Source: Pecten maximus (lineage: Eukaryota). Taken from it: 64,000 nt of DNA. Location: positions 16,616,001-16,680,000 of the forward strand of contig NC_047023.1 of NCBI RefSeq assembly GCF_902652985.1. The letters are read 5' to 3'. Below are positions 1-11,143 of this stretch, one piece after another. Positions within the stretch are counted from its first letter, which is position 1, and each line of letters opens with the position of its first letter. The position numbers were made by a program, and so were the translations under genes. The notes under the pieces were generated by a model. It saw nothing but the letters and a program-made list of their open reading frames with translations, was not told the DNA's origin and searched no databases.

Positions 1-459
1 AGTTCAGTATACTCGTGAAACTTACACCTAATATTGTTACGAGACAAGCGGATGTTCATTTTACATGTATGTGGCGAGGAGAAAACTAATCCGACGTTTC
101 TCTATTTACTTTCGATTCCCTGCCCAAATACTACCTTACCAAAGTCAAGGTCTGCCAAGCAGCCAAGACTCGGCAAGTTATGTCTTTATAATGAGATAGA
201 GTACACCTCCAAATCACAGTCTGTTTATTTTACTGGCGAGGCAATTACTCTAAATACATATGAATGTGTTTCTTTAGTTGGTTAATGGCTGAAAAAAATA
301 TATATAAACAAGCAGAATATGACTCAGAAGCGCAAAATCTCACATTTCCAACCCTCCACCCCCACCCCACCCAACCTTCTATTTACTCTCCACGCAGTAT
401 TTCTCAAAAACCGTCATCCTTTGAAGTCTATAACAAGTATTCCTTTCCTCCTTTATATT

Positions 460-735
460 GCCCCTCCCTCCGATCCTCCAATACTGCCACTACCACCCCC
501 CCCCCCCCCCACACGTTTCTCCGACCCTCCAATACTGCCACTACCCCCACCCCCGCGACTCTCCGATACTCCAATACTGCCACTACCGCCCCCCCCCCCC
601 CCCCCCCCCCCCACGATTCTCCGACCCTCCAATACTGCCACTTCCCCCTCCGATCCTCAATACTGGCACTATCCCCCCCCCCCCCCCCCCGATCCACCGA
701 TTCCAATACTGCACCCCCCACTCCCGTCCCCCGCC
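460..735. repeat. C-rich minisatellite: about 6 copies of ctccga(t/c)cctccaatactgccactacc separated by variable poly-C runs
   Basis: Repeated core read directly; it explains the Pro-rich and Gly-rich ORFs overlapping it on both strands. Confidence 0.9.
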
Positions 736-2179
736 GTTCACTCTATTGCCTTCCGGTTAAACACATCATCTGCACCCTTCACATCATTTCTCAACATCCA
801 CTTCTTCTCGACACCCCCTCGTTCTTCTTCCCTTCCTGATGTTTCTCTGTTCTTTCTTTTCATGATCTCATCGGCCTTTCATATTAATAAACATACATAT
901 GTAAACAAAAATCGTTTAAAAGTACTCAAATGGAATTGGCGGGGGTTCAACACAGAAACTTAAATTCAACAAGCGTTTCGCGTTGCACATAGAAGAAAAG
1001 GATGATTTGGATAGACTTGGATGTCGTTCGGATGCACTGACCGCACGCTTATTTCGATGACCTTTATTTTTGATATGATAAACCCAAATATTGATGTGCA
1101 TAAAGTTGGCAAAAACAAGCTCTTCAACATTCCACTGGATATAATTCGTCAGTAATATCCACAGACTGAAATATTAAAGGTATGCCGTATAACGTTCGGT
1201 GATTTGAAAATCAGGATTTCGGGACCATTTTAAAGTGCCTGTTTAACAACTTGATAGATAGAATATATCATTTCAAAGACATGAAATCCCTCCACGCCAT
1301 TTTTCAGTGCATCTTTGTAATGATAGTCTTGACTTTAAGAAATCCTATCTCAGTGACGTACTTGCCACGTTCTCTTATTCCAAAATATTTGACCGTAATA
1401 TCAAACTTTAATAAGATCAATTATATGTATTTTTTTAAATGTAGAATGTAAGGTTTTCAGTGCCAAGTCCCGTATTCCGGATCATATTGGTTCAGTGCAA
1501 AATGTTTAGATGTGAAATCACTTTCTTATTTCCTTTTTTTTGTTTGTTAATTTTTGTTGTGTTCAAGAATCTGTTGCATATTAGATTATGTCCCAAAATC
1601 CGTAGACGATAATATTGTGTTAAACGTTTGGAAAGTCCCGATCTGCACTCCCATGTGGTAGAAACTACATATACACTATGTACATGTACATGTATGTATG
1701 TAGACAATTTGCAGACAATATTTTGATTTTTATGTCATTTAAATAGTCCCATAGATAAACTGCAGTGTACAGATCAGGTCATATCCGGCCTATACTCTGC
1801 TCTTGGTCGGTGTACCTAAGGACAGGGCTAAGTGTCTCGCCAAACATAAGGCAAAAGAGGGACAGACTACTGTCTGCTGGATTCCAACCCATGACCGTTG
1901 GGCACACAAAAAATGTTCGGTATGTTTTAAGTATATTGATCATGATGGCTAATATTTGCCAATATTTCATTATTTCAATGACTATGATTGGCATCCCTGA
2001 TATCTCTATCTTGGTACGAGCAATCGTTACCGAGCTGTTAATGCGAAGTTTGTGTTCCAAGTATATACATGTATCTGTAGGATAGGTTTAACATGTACAT
2101 TGAGCATTAACGATACTTTAATCAATATACCTTTCAGTAAGACTTGGTTTGTCGGCTAGACAGGCTGGCCAATAAACGA

Positions 2180-2872
2180 TACTAATGAAAGAATGATAGC
2201 TCGGGGACATATGGATCACAAGGATACAGCTTGGATTTTTTCATCGAGGGATAATTACATTAAAAAAGTGTCTGTGTTGTTTCCTGGTCTCTATCATAGC
2301 ATGGAGTTAACCATAGGGACTTTCTAACGCATTTCTAACCAACGGTCCATATATAACAGTTTATTTTCATTATAAACTGGATTAGGAATTCTTGCCAATT
2401 CCTTGTCTTCGTCGCTTGTCTCATGTTTCCGATGTATTCATACTTTCTGACTTCTATATTTGTGCAAAAAGGAAGATATTTTGCATACTTATATTTATGA
2501 TGACTTTCTTATTATCTCATACATTTACTCATATCAAGTTTTGAAGTAGTTTTAATATCGCGAGAGATTACCTACGTCACCAAAATGTTTGTTTCTCACT
2601 CAGCGGATAGGAGAAACTTCTAAATGACACTGATCCGGTTACGCTTACTTAACTACGAACTAAATCTTTAAAAATATAATTGCGAGAATAATGTGACGTC
2701 ATGGACTTGATATAGTTTTGTCTATTTTTCACGATAGTCAGAAGAAGACACCCTTGTTATCACAAAATGTCGTAGAAATGTTTAAACCCTGGGTAAGCCT
2801 CAGGTTTCACAACATTTGGTAATCTTCGGGTGGAATATCCTAATCTTACTTACACACGTGAAAGAGTCTTGT
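2180..2872. mobile_element. Degenerate foldback/MITE-like element with palindromic end
   Basis: Imperfect palindrome around aaaccctgggtaagcctcaggttt (~2785-2806) followed by a ggtggaatatcctaatct...gaaagagtctt terminal segment. The left end is poorly conserved and boundaries are approximate. Confidence 0.3.
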
Positions 2873-3190
2873 GATATTACAAATTTTGCGTAATGTGATA
2901 TAACACATTTTAATCATTGTCTATTCCACTAGATAGTTGTAAATGAAATAGTAACAAATATTTAACCCGACAGAGCCTCATTAAAGGAAATATCCGAGGA
3001 CGTATTTTGACGTATTTTTGATCTGAAACGAATCAAATGAAATAGAAACACAGCAAATATGTTGTGTAAGTAAAGAGTTTCTGAATATATTTTATGATGA
3101 AATTATCAGAATTTCAATTAAATTTTCGACGTCTGCTTTTTCTTAACTCCCCTCCATTGGCGTTCATTTACTTTGCAGACATCCCAAAAA

Positions 3191-4346
3191 CGAGGGATGA
3201 TTGATATGTTGTGAGCCTCGTATTAAAGGAGGTACTCAAGGATGTTCTTTCTAAGTCCTACTATTCTTTGACTATACTAGTATAAGGCCGTGTATCCAAG
3301 GACTGGTCTCATTTGGTCTGTTTATATCGACGAGGTAGCACTCTAAAGTAAACAAGACAAGAGACAAAATGGACAAAATCGGTGAAAAAGAGGTGATCCA
3401 ATATTTGCATAAAAATGTTTAACACCTAAGGATATCCATAATGATATGATAGCAATGCTAGGGAAAGATGCCCCTTCATAGGCTACAGTGAAAAGGTTGG
3501 TGGCAAAATTTAAGGGCGGCCGACAGAGCCTTGAGGATGACCCCCCGTCCTGGAAGGCCTGTCAATATTGCAACCCTAGAAATGGTCAATGAAGTTCATG
3601 ATATTGTTATGACTGACAGACGAGTCACAGAAATATATATAGCCAATAGAGTTGGCATTTCACAGGAAAGGGTACATTCCATTCTGACCGAGGATGTTGC
3701 AGTGAGAAAGCTTTCGACCCGATAGGTACCAAGACTTTTGACAGTTGATCAGAAGCACACCAGGCGCACAATATCGCATGTTATTCTTAACCTTTTTGAG
3801 GAAGATCCTGCCAACTTTCGTTAGAGATTTGTCACTATGGATGAAACATGGGTCCATCATTTTACCCCAGAGGCCAAACAATAGACGAAACAATTGAAGC
3901 ACCCTAGCTTTCCCCTGACAAAGTAAGCAAAGATTGTTCTCTCACCTGGGAAGGTTATGACCTCGGTTTTCTAGGATGCAGATAGTATTCTGCTGATAGA
4001 TTATCTCCAAAAGGGACAAACAATCAATGGCACATACTATGCTTCACTTCTGAGGCAGTTACGGGAAAATATTAAACTTTAGCGCCGCGGAAAGCTCACT
4101 AAAGGTGTGTAATTCAGGACTATGCTCCTGTCATTGGCATGGCTGCCATTCACGATTGTGGCTTTAAATTGATTGAGCATCCGTCGTATTCACCTGATCT
4201 CGCTCCATCAGACAAAACCTGTTTCAGGCACCCACTTTCAGTCCGATGATGACGTCATAGAGTGGATAACTTTCTGAACAGCCAAAAGTGGCATTGAGGC
4301 CCTTGATCCTTCAATAAGAGGCTCACAACATATCAATCATACCTCG
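3191..4346 (+). mobile_element. Tc1/mariner (mariner-family) DNA transposon, defective
   Basis: Inverted repeats cgagg(g/t)atgattgatatgttgtgagcctc at 3191-3219 and 4318-4346, extendable to 40 bp with 3 mismatches. TA follows the right end and AA precedes the left end. Confidence 0.93.
3369..4305 (+). pseudogene. Mariner transposase pseudogene
   Basis: Manual translation gives MDKIG..., PGRP, (W>stop)VPRLLT, VTMDETWVHHF, GKVMTSVF, TINGTYY and HPSYSPDLAPSD, with many stops, frameshifts and C-terminal deletions. Confidence 0.92.
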
Positions 4347-5239
4347 TATATCAAAATGAAAATAAATTAATCAACATACATGTATACAAGTGATGAATTC
4401 AACATTAAACACACATAACATTTCTAAGGATTTCGATACGAATTGATTCAACAGAAAAAAACATTACATAAATCCATATTTCACCTTTTGATTCATATCT
4501 CGTTTCCATTAGTGTTCAAAGGAGACTGTAACATATTTTATTGACGTTGGCGGTGTTACATATCAGGAGAGTGGGAAAAGACACGTAAACAGGCGATTAT
4601 GTACACCTTATGGTGGAAACTCGTGTTTCCGGATACTTTTAGTTCCGTAAAAATATTCGGATTAATTGATATGTCGGTTTTTACACAGAAAATTAAGATA
4701 ACCATATCCCAAAAAAATCTACACGATAACTCATTTTTCTAACTTGTATTCATTGATATCAAGGATACTGTTATTCAATTAGAATACGACGGCTTTGTAC
4801 TTAACTTTTTGTAATTGCTTATCTTTCAAGCTTTTAAAACATTTATAAAATCATACATGCAAAAAGCACAATCCTCCTCCTGGTTGACATAAATCATTAT
4901 CATCCATTTCAGTATATGTAAATTCATCATCAACAACTTCATTCAACATTCACATGCTTATTCATAATCAGCCATTACTAATTCAGCATCACTACCATTG
5001 TGATTTATTGTTGGCTGTATAGAATGAATGAAAGGTTAAAAAGGAAGACAAAGTCTTTAACTTCTTTAATTATTTTTCTTCTGTTCATGACATATTGGAG
5101 TACCAAAGAGGGGGACCTGATGTATCCCATGTTGATAAGATGCCACTGTGCCCTCTACCTTGTAGGGTCAGATTGTCGTACCTATTTTTTGATTATCCAA
5201 ATGTCGTGGTATCTTCTTGGTATATTTTGTAACAGTTAA

Positions 5240-5700
5240 TCGATACATTAACAAAGAATCAAAATGTTGGCGGAGCCGATGTAATGGTTGTGGCCTGTTT
5301 GACCGATCACGTGACTATGTTAGATTGTCGTACATGTTCAGGAGACAAAGGAGATGTTCAACAGAATGTCGTCCTTTATTAATGAAAATAATACGCTAAT
5401 CCTTAATTTTAACTCTCGCATTGTGGAAATCAATTTGGAAACAGTTTGTTGGGGAAATCCGTATCTAACCTTAGACCTTAACTCTAATATCTTTAATCAT
5501 GTGCAAACTTTCTTCAAACTCAGCCACGGATTTTATTTTTTAAAAGTCATTGTAGAAGTATGCACGTTTTCGGTGTAACGATATAGTGTTCTATGTGTAA
5601 ATGTTTACTTGGAGAAAGTGTTGATAAGATGTTATAACTTTCGTCCTATTCCTTGTTCATTCTTGATTGAGAGTAAAAATGTTTCAAATCAATCAATCAA
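5240..5700 (+). mobile_element. 3' remnant of a CR1-like LINE
   Basis: ORF 5354 peptide (INLETVCWGNPYLTLDLNSNIFNHVQTFFKLSHGF) resembles the C-terminus of invertebrate CR1 ORF2, preceded by a decayed Cys/His motif. It ends in a ggagaaag...aaaaatgtttcaaatcaatcaatcaa tail. Confidence 0.5.
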
Positions 5701-6600
5701 AATTATAACCATTTTTCGACTACACAGCATTGACACCTGGCCAGAACTTACAGTATACAAATTGGTCTAGTTGATAACTCTTCGCTACCGATTAATTCCA
5801 ATAATTTGTGAACTACTTTGAGACAGCTTTGTGGCTGAGATATAGCGGTATATTAAACTCCATATTATTATCATTATCAACCGACTTTCCTAACCAAAGA
5901 ACCGGTCTGTTATCTGGTTTCAAGAATGATGTACTCTACCGGAATGGTTGAATTTATTTTTGGAAGATAAAATTGATATGAGTAAAAACAAATATTATTT
6001 TCAAACTGATGACAATATGATAGCCAATCAAAACATCGGTTAGAACGCGATTTGAAGTCTGGTTGTCATGTCAGGATACACACATATGCCCCACGTCACT
6101 TTTTGCTGAGATGGAATTTCGTAATACAGTTTTTGTTGTAATCTAATTCAAACAGGTGCTTTATTATCCTTTCGCAGTTTATGTCTGTAATTACAATCTC
6201 TATTTCGGTTTTGTGTTATTCAGAGAAACCGGAGATATATTTACACAAAAAGATCTGTAAAATACGGTTAAACCGTAATGTATATGTACCGTTCTACCTC
6301 TAAAAAACCTGAAGTTAAGAATTCGCATCTGTTTTCGTCGTCTCTGCAATGAACAGAAATTACGGAAACACTGCAATGTAAACGATATCATTTATGTGTA
6401 TCTGCATGTGTGATTCAATTACATTTAACAATCCCCTGTCCATGGTTGAAGGTACATGTATATCTAAAGACCGAGTACGTACAAACGCGTCAATAAAATC
6501 TGCGTTCGTAAAAATGAAACCATTCTCATGCTTAACCATGGAATCTGTACTCAACCGAAATTCCTTTAATTAAACTCGCTTGAATTCGGAAATAGAAGTT

Positions 6601-6717
6601 TAATGACTCATTTGTCTCTGATATAGCGGCTGATTTCTCTCTGATGAATGACTCATTTCGTTGTGATATACTGCTGATGTTTATCTGATTAATGACTCAA
6701 CTCGCTGTGACATACTG
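6601..6717. repeat. ~44-bp minisatellite, left part (interrupted by the Ngaro element)
   Basis: Unit ~aatgactcatttcgctgtgatatactgctgatttctctctgatt, period 44-45 bp. Confidence 0.85.
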
Positions 6718-6976
6718 ATTTTAATTTATTTAATTTAAGTTTATACAAGTGTGAAAAGTCCATCCTCTTATCGTCTAAACATGTTATTAAATAGGTTAGT
6801 ATATTGGAGGTAGATCGTAAGGGAAATATATGCTAATTAGGCCAAGAGGAAGTAACTGCTATAGTAGTCACGTGACCTAACTGACCAATGGTCAGCAGGA
6901 AGCATCCAGTCAGCCATCTTTGTGATGCGAGGATAAGTCAGACTCTAGAGATAGTTCATCTGCTTGATCGTCAACA
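6718..6976 (+). repeat. Ngaro split direct repeat A1 (259 bp)
   Basis: Identical by eye to 11438-11696. Confidence 0.97.
6867..6921 (+). promoter_or_regulatory. Putative Pol II promoter motifs in repeat A (duplicated at 11587-11641)
   Basis: Palindromic E-box GTCACGTGAC (6867-6876), CCAAT inside the palindrome ctgaccaatggtcag (6881-6895) and a YY1-like GCCATCTT, upstream of gag. Confidence 0.45.
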
Positions 6977-7148
6977 TATCTCACCGCACGGTTCCTGCCA
7001 CGATCTTTTTTCCATCACTGCTATAGGGGATACTTTCATACATATTATACATCGCGTGTGCTTGGAACTACTACGATATCGGTGCTTTTACGATGAACTG
7101 TTTTGGGCTTGTTGACCTACGGCCAAATCCTCTCTGAAACAAAGGATC

Positions 7149-8447
7149 ATGATGAGACCGTCACGTAATAACTCGAGATCGGCGCCGTACGACCTTTCTA
7201 TGCCCGAGAATTGGACAGCAAAGAAATTACGAGAAGAGTTAACTTCACTCGGTGTGGTCGTTCCTTCCAATTACCGTAAGTCACGTTTATTGGCTATGTA
7301 CAAAGACAAAACCCAAGTCTCAAACGGGGTTCATTCAACCATGACATCTGACCCGACCCCTGGGCGGATGGAGTTTACGGATTCCCAGAATGCATCGCGC
7401 AATACACACCAAGATGGCGGAGTTACGGAGGTGCTTTCACAGCTGACTGATACGCTAGCGTCCATGCGACAAGATATGTCATCCATTAGACAGAGGATGT
7501 CGTTTCTGGAAGAACGGCAGGTCCCGGCGGCAGCAGCAGCAGGCGGTGTATCGCAAATAGCGACAGATCCTGGCTTAGTACCCGTTCAGGGACCTTCGGG
7601 CGGCGAGTCATTCACCCTGCAGTCGGCCATGGTAGCTTTCCAAACGTCTTCCGCCACATCAAGTACGTCGGGGAGGACCCAATTTGGATTTTCATCGGAA
7701 TCTTTACCATTCGTGGAGACTATCTCACCTGCCATAAGGAAACAAATAGTGGAAGGTAAGGATATCAACCTGGCGTGTTTGTTGATCCCATATTTCAACG
7801 GCCCAGCATCCGGCCATAACCCCGACAAACCCGACCCCAGGTTAATGAGGAGCTTATCCATCGGGGAATTTGTACAGGCATTCAGTATATTTAAACATGT
7901 GATGTGTCAGGCCTACCCCAATAGACGATATGAATTAGACATGTACGAGAGAGACGTGGTCGACATGGCGTCGCGTTACGGCGGCCAGGGTTTCTATGAG
8001 TACCATAAACAATTTAGTAGTAAGGCTGCAGCTCATTTACGCTTTCAAAACGTTATGGTTGACTGGTCCATAAGGAACAATACCATGTTTTGCAACATTT
8101 TCACAAATCTCCCCCCGTTGGCATGTTCACAGTGCGAGAGTACCAGTCACACTGCTGGTTTTTGCCCTCTTATGACTCTTAACACCTTGGATATGAAACA
8201 ACAGTCTACAAATCCCCAATATAAATCTTCTCCCAACGCAGACAGCTATGGAAGACACAAAGTGCTGTACAAAGGCAGTGAGATTTGTAATAACTTCAAT
8301 GACAGAGGTTGTCATCGCGCAAGATGTAATAATCTTCATGTGTGTTTGGTATGTAAAAAAGACCATTCTAAACGTGTGTGTCCCCAACACTCTTCTACAA
8401 AAAACGACTCGACCCCCTACCACAAACAACATCAGGGAAGACAGTAG
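7149..8447 (+). CDS. gag: Ngaro Gag-like protein (432 aa)
   Basis: First ORF of the element. It has a CX2CX4HX4C knuckle (CSQCESTSHTAGFC), a CCCH finger (CNNFNDRGCHRARCNNLH), a CX2CX3HX4C module and an N-terminal HeH/LEM-like segment. Confidence 0.9.
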   Translation: MMRPSRNNSRSAPYDLSMPENWTAKKLREELTSLGVVVPSNYRKSRLLAMYKDKTQVSNGVHSTMTSDPTPGRMEFTDSQNASRNTHQDGGVTEVLSQLTDTLASMRQDMSSIRQRMSFLEERQVPAAAAAGGVSQIATDPGLVPVQGPSGGESFTLQSAMVAFQTSSATSSTSGRTQFGFSSESLPFVETISPAIRKQIVEGKDINLACLLIPYFNGPASGHNPDKPDPRLMRSLSIGEFVQAFSIFKHVMCQAYPNRRYELDMYERDVVDMASRYGGQGFYEYHKQFSSKAAAHLRFQNVMVDWSIRNNTMFCNIFTNLPPLACSQCESTSHTAGFCPLMTLNTLDMKQQSTNPQYKSSPNADSYGRHKVLYKGSEICNNFNDRGCHRARCNNLHVCLVCKKDHSKRVCPQHSSTKNDSTPYHKQHQGRQ

Positions 8448-10075
8448 GGGGTATGCAGGTTGCTTCGACACCTATTGATATTCAGGAGCTTGAACGAGAT
8501 CTAGCATTACATCCAGACAGAGACTTTGTTTCTTACCTTTTAACTGGTTTAAGGTCGGGTTTCCACACCGGAATTACTTCTCTCCCTAGAAACTCCATTG
8601 AGTGTGCCAATTTGCTGTCTGCTAGGAATCAGTCTGATGTTGTGAAGGAACTGATAGGATCAGAGCTTGACAAAGGTTTTCTGATAGGACCCTACCATGA
8701 GTGCCCTTTCGTCACTTACAGGATAAATCCTATAGGCATAGCAGAGAGCAAATATTCTAGGAAAAAACGTTTAATCGTTGATTTGTCTTCTCCACACAAC
8801 AATGATGATAACCCGAGTTTAAACGATTTAATCAACAAAGATGAGTTTTCTCTGCAATATGTGACTGTCGATGACGCTATCAATATTATTAAGCGATTTG
8901 GTAAAGGCAGCTATTTATGTAAGACAGATATCTCCGACGCCTTTAAGCTAATACCCATTCACCCATCTCTGTGGCCTTTCCATGGTATCAAATGGGATGG
9001 TTTGTATTATTTCTATACTCGACTGGTGTTTGGAAGTAGATCGAGTCCCAAGATTTTTGACTGTTTATCACAAGCTGTGTGTTGGATAGCAGTTCACCGA
9101 TATAACATTCCGAATATCCTTCACCTGCTAGATGATTTCCTAACTGTGGATCCACCAAACTTTCATCAAGCCACCAGTACCATGGAGAAACTTATGTGTT
9201 TATTTGAATCGTTAGGTATTCCCATTGCTCAACATAAGACGGTGGGGCCGTCACTATGTTTAGAATATTTGGGAGTTACCCTGGATTGTGATCTCATGCA
9301 GGCAAGACTACCCGGAGAAAAGATTTTCAGAATTTGTGAGATATTAACTGAATTTAAAGACAAAAAATGTTGTACTAAACGTGAACTCCTCAGCTTACTT
9401 GGACATTTAAATTTTGCGAGTAGAGTTATTCCACATGGTCGTTCATTTGTGTCATATCTCATCAGCTTATCTACCAAAGTCAGAGAATTACATCATCACG
9501 TCAAGTTAACTGAGTCATGTAGACTGGACTTAAATATGTGGCTCCTGTTTCTCTCGCGGTGGAATGGGATTTCATTTTTTCTCAACGACAATGTTACACA
9601 GGCGGCTCACATGCACTTATTTACTGATGCGACAGATCGTGCTTTCGGAGGGATTTTTGGTAATAAGTGGTTTCAAGGGACGTTCCCCTTGGAGTTATAC
9701 GAGGGAAAGGATAAGATCTCCATGGCTTTCTGTGAATTGTTCCCCATTGTGATTGCATGTGTGTTATGGGGCAAAGAATGGTCAAGGAAAAGGATTTTAT
9801 TTCATTGTGACAATATGGCAACTGTGGACATTATAAATAAAGGACGTTCCAAAGTAGAGCTGATTATGAATTTAATGAGGAAGTTGACATTTTGTTCAAT
9901 GTCTAACAATTTCATTGTTCATGCAAGACATATTCCAGGCATAGATAATTCTATAGCGGATGCTATTTCTCGTTTCCAGATGGAGAAGTTTCGTCATCTC
10001 GCCCCACATGCAGATCCATTTCCAACACTGTGTCCTCCACTTTCCAGCCTGATGTTGTTCGGGAAAAGCAAATGA
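8378..10075 (+). CDS. pol: Reverse transcriptase / RNase H (first ATG at 8453; possibly expressed as a Gag fusion by -1 frameshift)
   Basis: DIRS-type RT motifs RLIVDLS, KTDISDAFK, LVFGSRSSP, HLLDDFL and YLGV; RNase H motifs LFTDA, ELFPI, HCDN and HIPGIDNSIADAISR. Confidence 0.96.
   Translation: MSPTLFYKKRLDPLPQTTSGKTVGGMQVASTPIDIQELERDLALHPDRDFVSYLLTGLRSGFHTGITSLPRNSIECANLLSARNQSDVVKELIGSELDKGFLIGPYHECPFVTYRINPIGIAESKYSRKKRLIVDLSSPHNNDDNPSLNDLINKDEFSLQYVTVDDAINIIKRFGKGSYLCKTDISDAFKLIPIHPSLWPFHGIKWDGLYYFYTRLVFGSRSSPKIFDCLSQAVCWIAVHRYNIPNILHLLDDFLTVDPPNFHQATSTMEKLMCLFESLGIPIAQHKTVGPSLCLEYLGVTLDCDLMQARLPGEKIFRICEILTEFKDKKCCTKRELLSLLGHLNFASRVIPHGRSFVSYLISLSTKVRELHHHVKLTESCRLDLNMWLLFLSRWNGISFFLNDNVTQAAHMHLFTDATDRAFGGIFGNKWFQGTFPLELYEGKDKISMAFCELFPIVIACVLWGKEWSRKRILFHCDNMATVDIINKGRSKVELIMNLMRKLTFCSMSNNFIVHARHIPGIDNSIADAISRFQMEKFRHLAPHADPFPTLCPPLSSLMLFGKSK
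8399..8452 (+). promoter_or_regulatory. Candidate programmed -1 ribosomal frameshift signal
   Basis: A_AAA_AAC at 8399-8405 in the gag frame, 6-nt spacer, perfect 9-bp stem accccctac (8412-8420) / gtagggggt (8444-8452). pol lies in the -1 frame and is open here. Confidence 0.7.
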
Positions 10076-11034
10076 ACAAACTGTGGGATTTAGCGGTCAG
10101 TCCTGGGACAGCTTCTACTTATTTAGTAGCCATTCAACATTTGTTACGTTTCATCACAATGTGTGGTATAGTGTGTGGTGCAGGACAATTACCACCAATA
10201 TCAGAAGATTTGTTGATGCATTTTGTATCACATTGTCATAATAGTTTGAACTTGACATTTGCTACAATCAAGCTGTATTTAGCGGGGATACGGTTTCATT
10301 ATTTGAAAGCTGGTTACAGTAATCCTTTCGCTAATACGGAAAGACTATCTTATATCTTACGAGGTATTAAAAAGAGTCAGCAAGGAAGTGTTTCAATTAA
10401 GAGATTGCCTATTACCTTTGACATTCTCGATCGCATGTGTAGATTATTACAGAGTGGTGTTTTCTCCAAAGATTTAGACTTATTATTATTATGTGCATGT
10501 CAGATGGCTTTCTTTGGGTTTTTAAGATGTGGTGAATTTACTGTTAAATGTAAGTCCAAGATCCAAGACGTCCTGTGTATTAAAGATATTGTGGTAGCAG
10601 ACGATCACAAAAGCTACTCATTGTTTTTGAAGGTCTCTAAAACTGATCCTTTTAGACATGGCGTACGGATTGCCATTTTTAGTAATACTGTGTTGTGTCC
10701 GGTCATCACCATGAAACATTTCTTACAAATGAGATTCAATCAGGGAGCTACAGTTTCGTGTCCTTTGTTTGCTGAAAGGAATGGGTGTATTCTCACCCGG
10801 GAACAATTTATTTCCTACCTGAGGCATATACTTGCAAGATTAGGTATTGATAGCTCAAGTTATAGTGGTCATTCATTTAGAATAGGTGCAGCAACTTCTG
10901 CAGCAGCAGCAGGAGTTGAGGACCATCTTATTCAAACCTTAGGACGATGGTCATCCAATTGTTTCACTCGTTATATCAGAACTTCGTCCACTGTTTTAGG
11001 TGATGCCCAGCTGCGCATGTGTGATAGGAAGTAG
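10072..11034 (+). CDS. Tyrosine recombinase (integrase) of the Ngaro element; frame open from 10030
   Basis: Catalytic set FLRCGE (R), SKTD (K), HSFRIG (HxxR), GRWSS (W) and RYIR (Y). ATG 10072 overlaps the pol stop as ATGA. Confidence 0.95.
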   Translation: MNKLWDLAVSPGTASTYLVAIQHLLRFITMCGIVCGAGQLPPISEDLLMHFVSHCHNSLNLTFATIKLYLAGIRFHYLKAGYSNPFANTERLSYILRGIKKSQQGSVSIKRLPITFDILDRMCRLLQSGVFSKDLDLLLLCACQMAFFGFLRCGEFTVKCKSKIQDVLCIKDIVVADDHKSYSLFLKVSKTDPFRHGVRIAIFSNTVLCPVITMKHFLQMRFNQGATVSCPLFAERNGCILTREQFISYLRHILARLGIDSSSYSGHSFRIGAATSAAAAGVEDHLIQTLGRWSSNCFTRYIRTSSTVLGDAQLRMCDRK

Positions 11035-11143
11035 TTATATATATATAGATGCTGGTTCCACATTTCTACCATAGGCTTTGTCTTACCTTAATTTCTTGGG
11101 GGCTCTCTTTTTTGGTAACTTGTGTCACCATTTCAATCGATTT

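Noticed and set aside
264-963. Pro-rich (formin/extensin-like) and Gly-rich ORFs
   Set aside because: Open in several frames on both strands only because of the poly-C minisatellite; no domain or splice support
7586-9821. Antisense and alternate-frame ORFs inside gag/pol
   Set aside because: Short shadows of the real coding frames with no recognisable motifs
10058-10068. GGGAAAA as a second -1 slippery site
   Set aside because: In the pol frame it reads ttc ggg aaa, which is out of phase for X_XXY_YYZ
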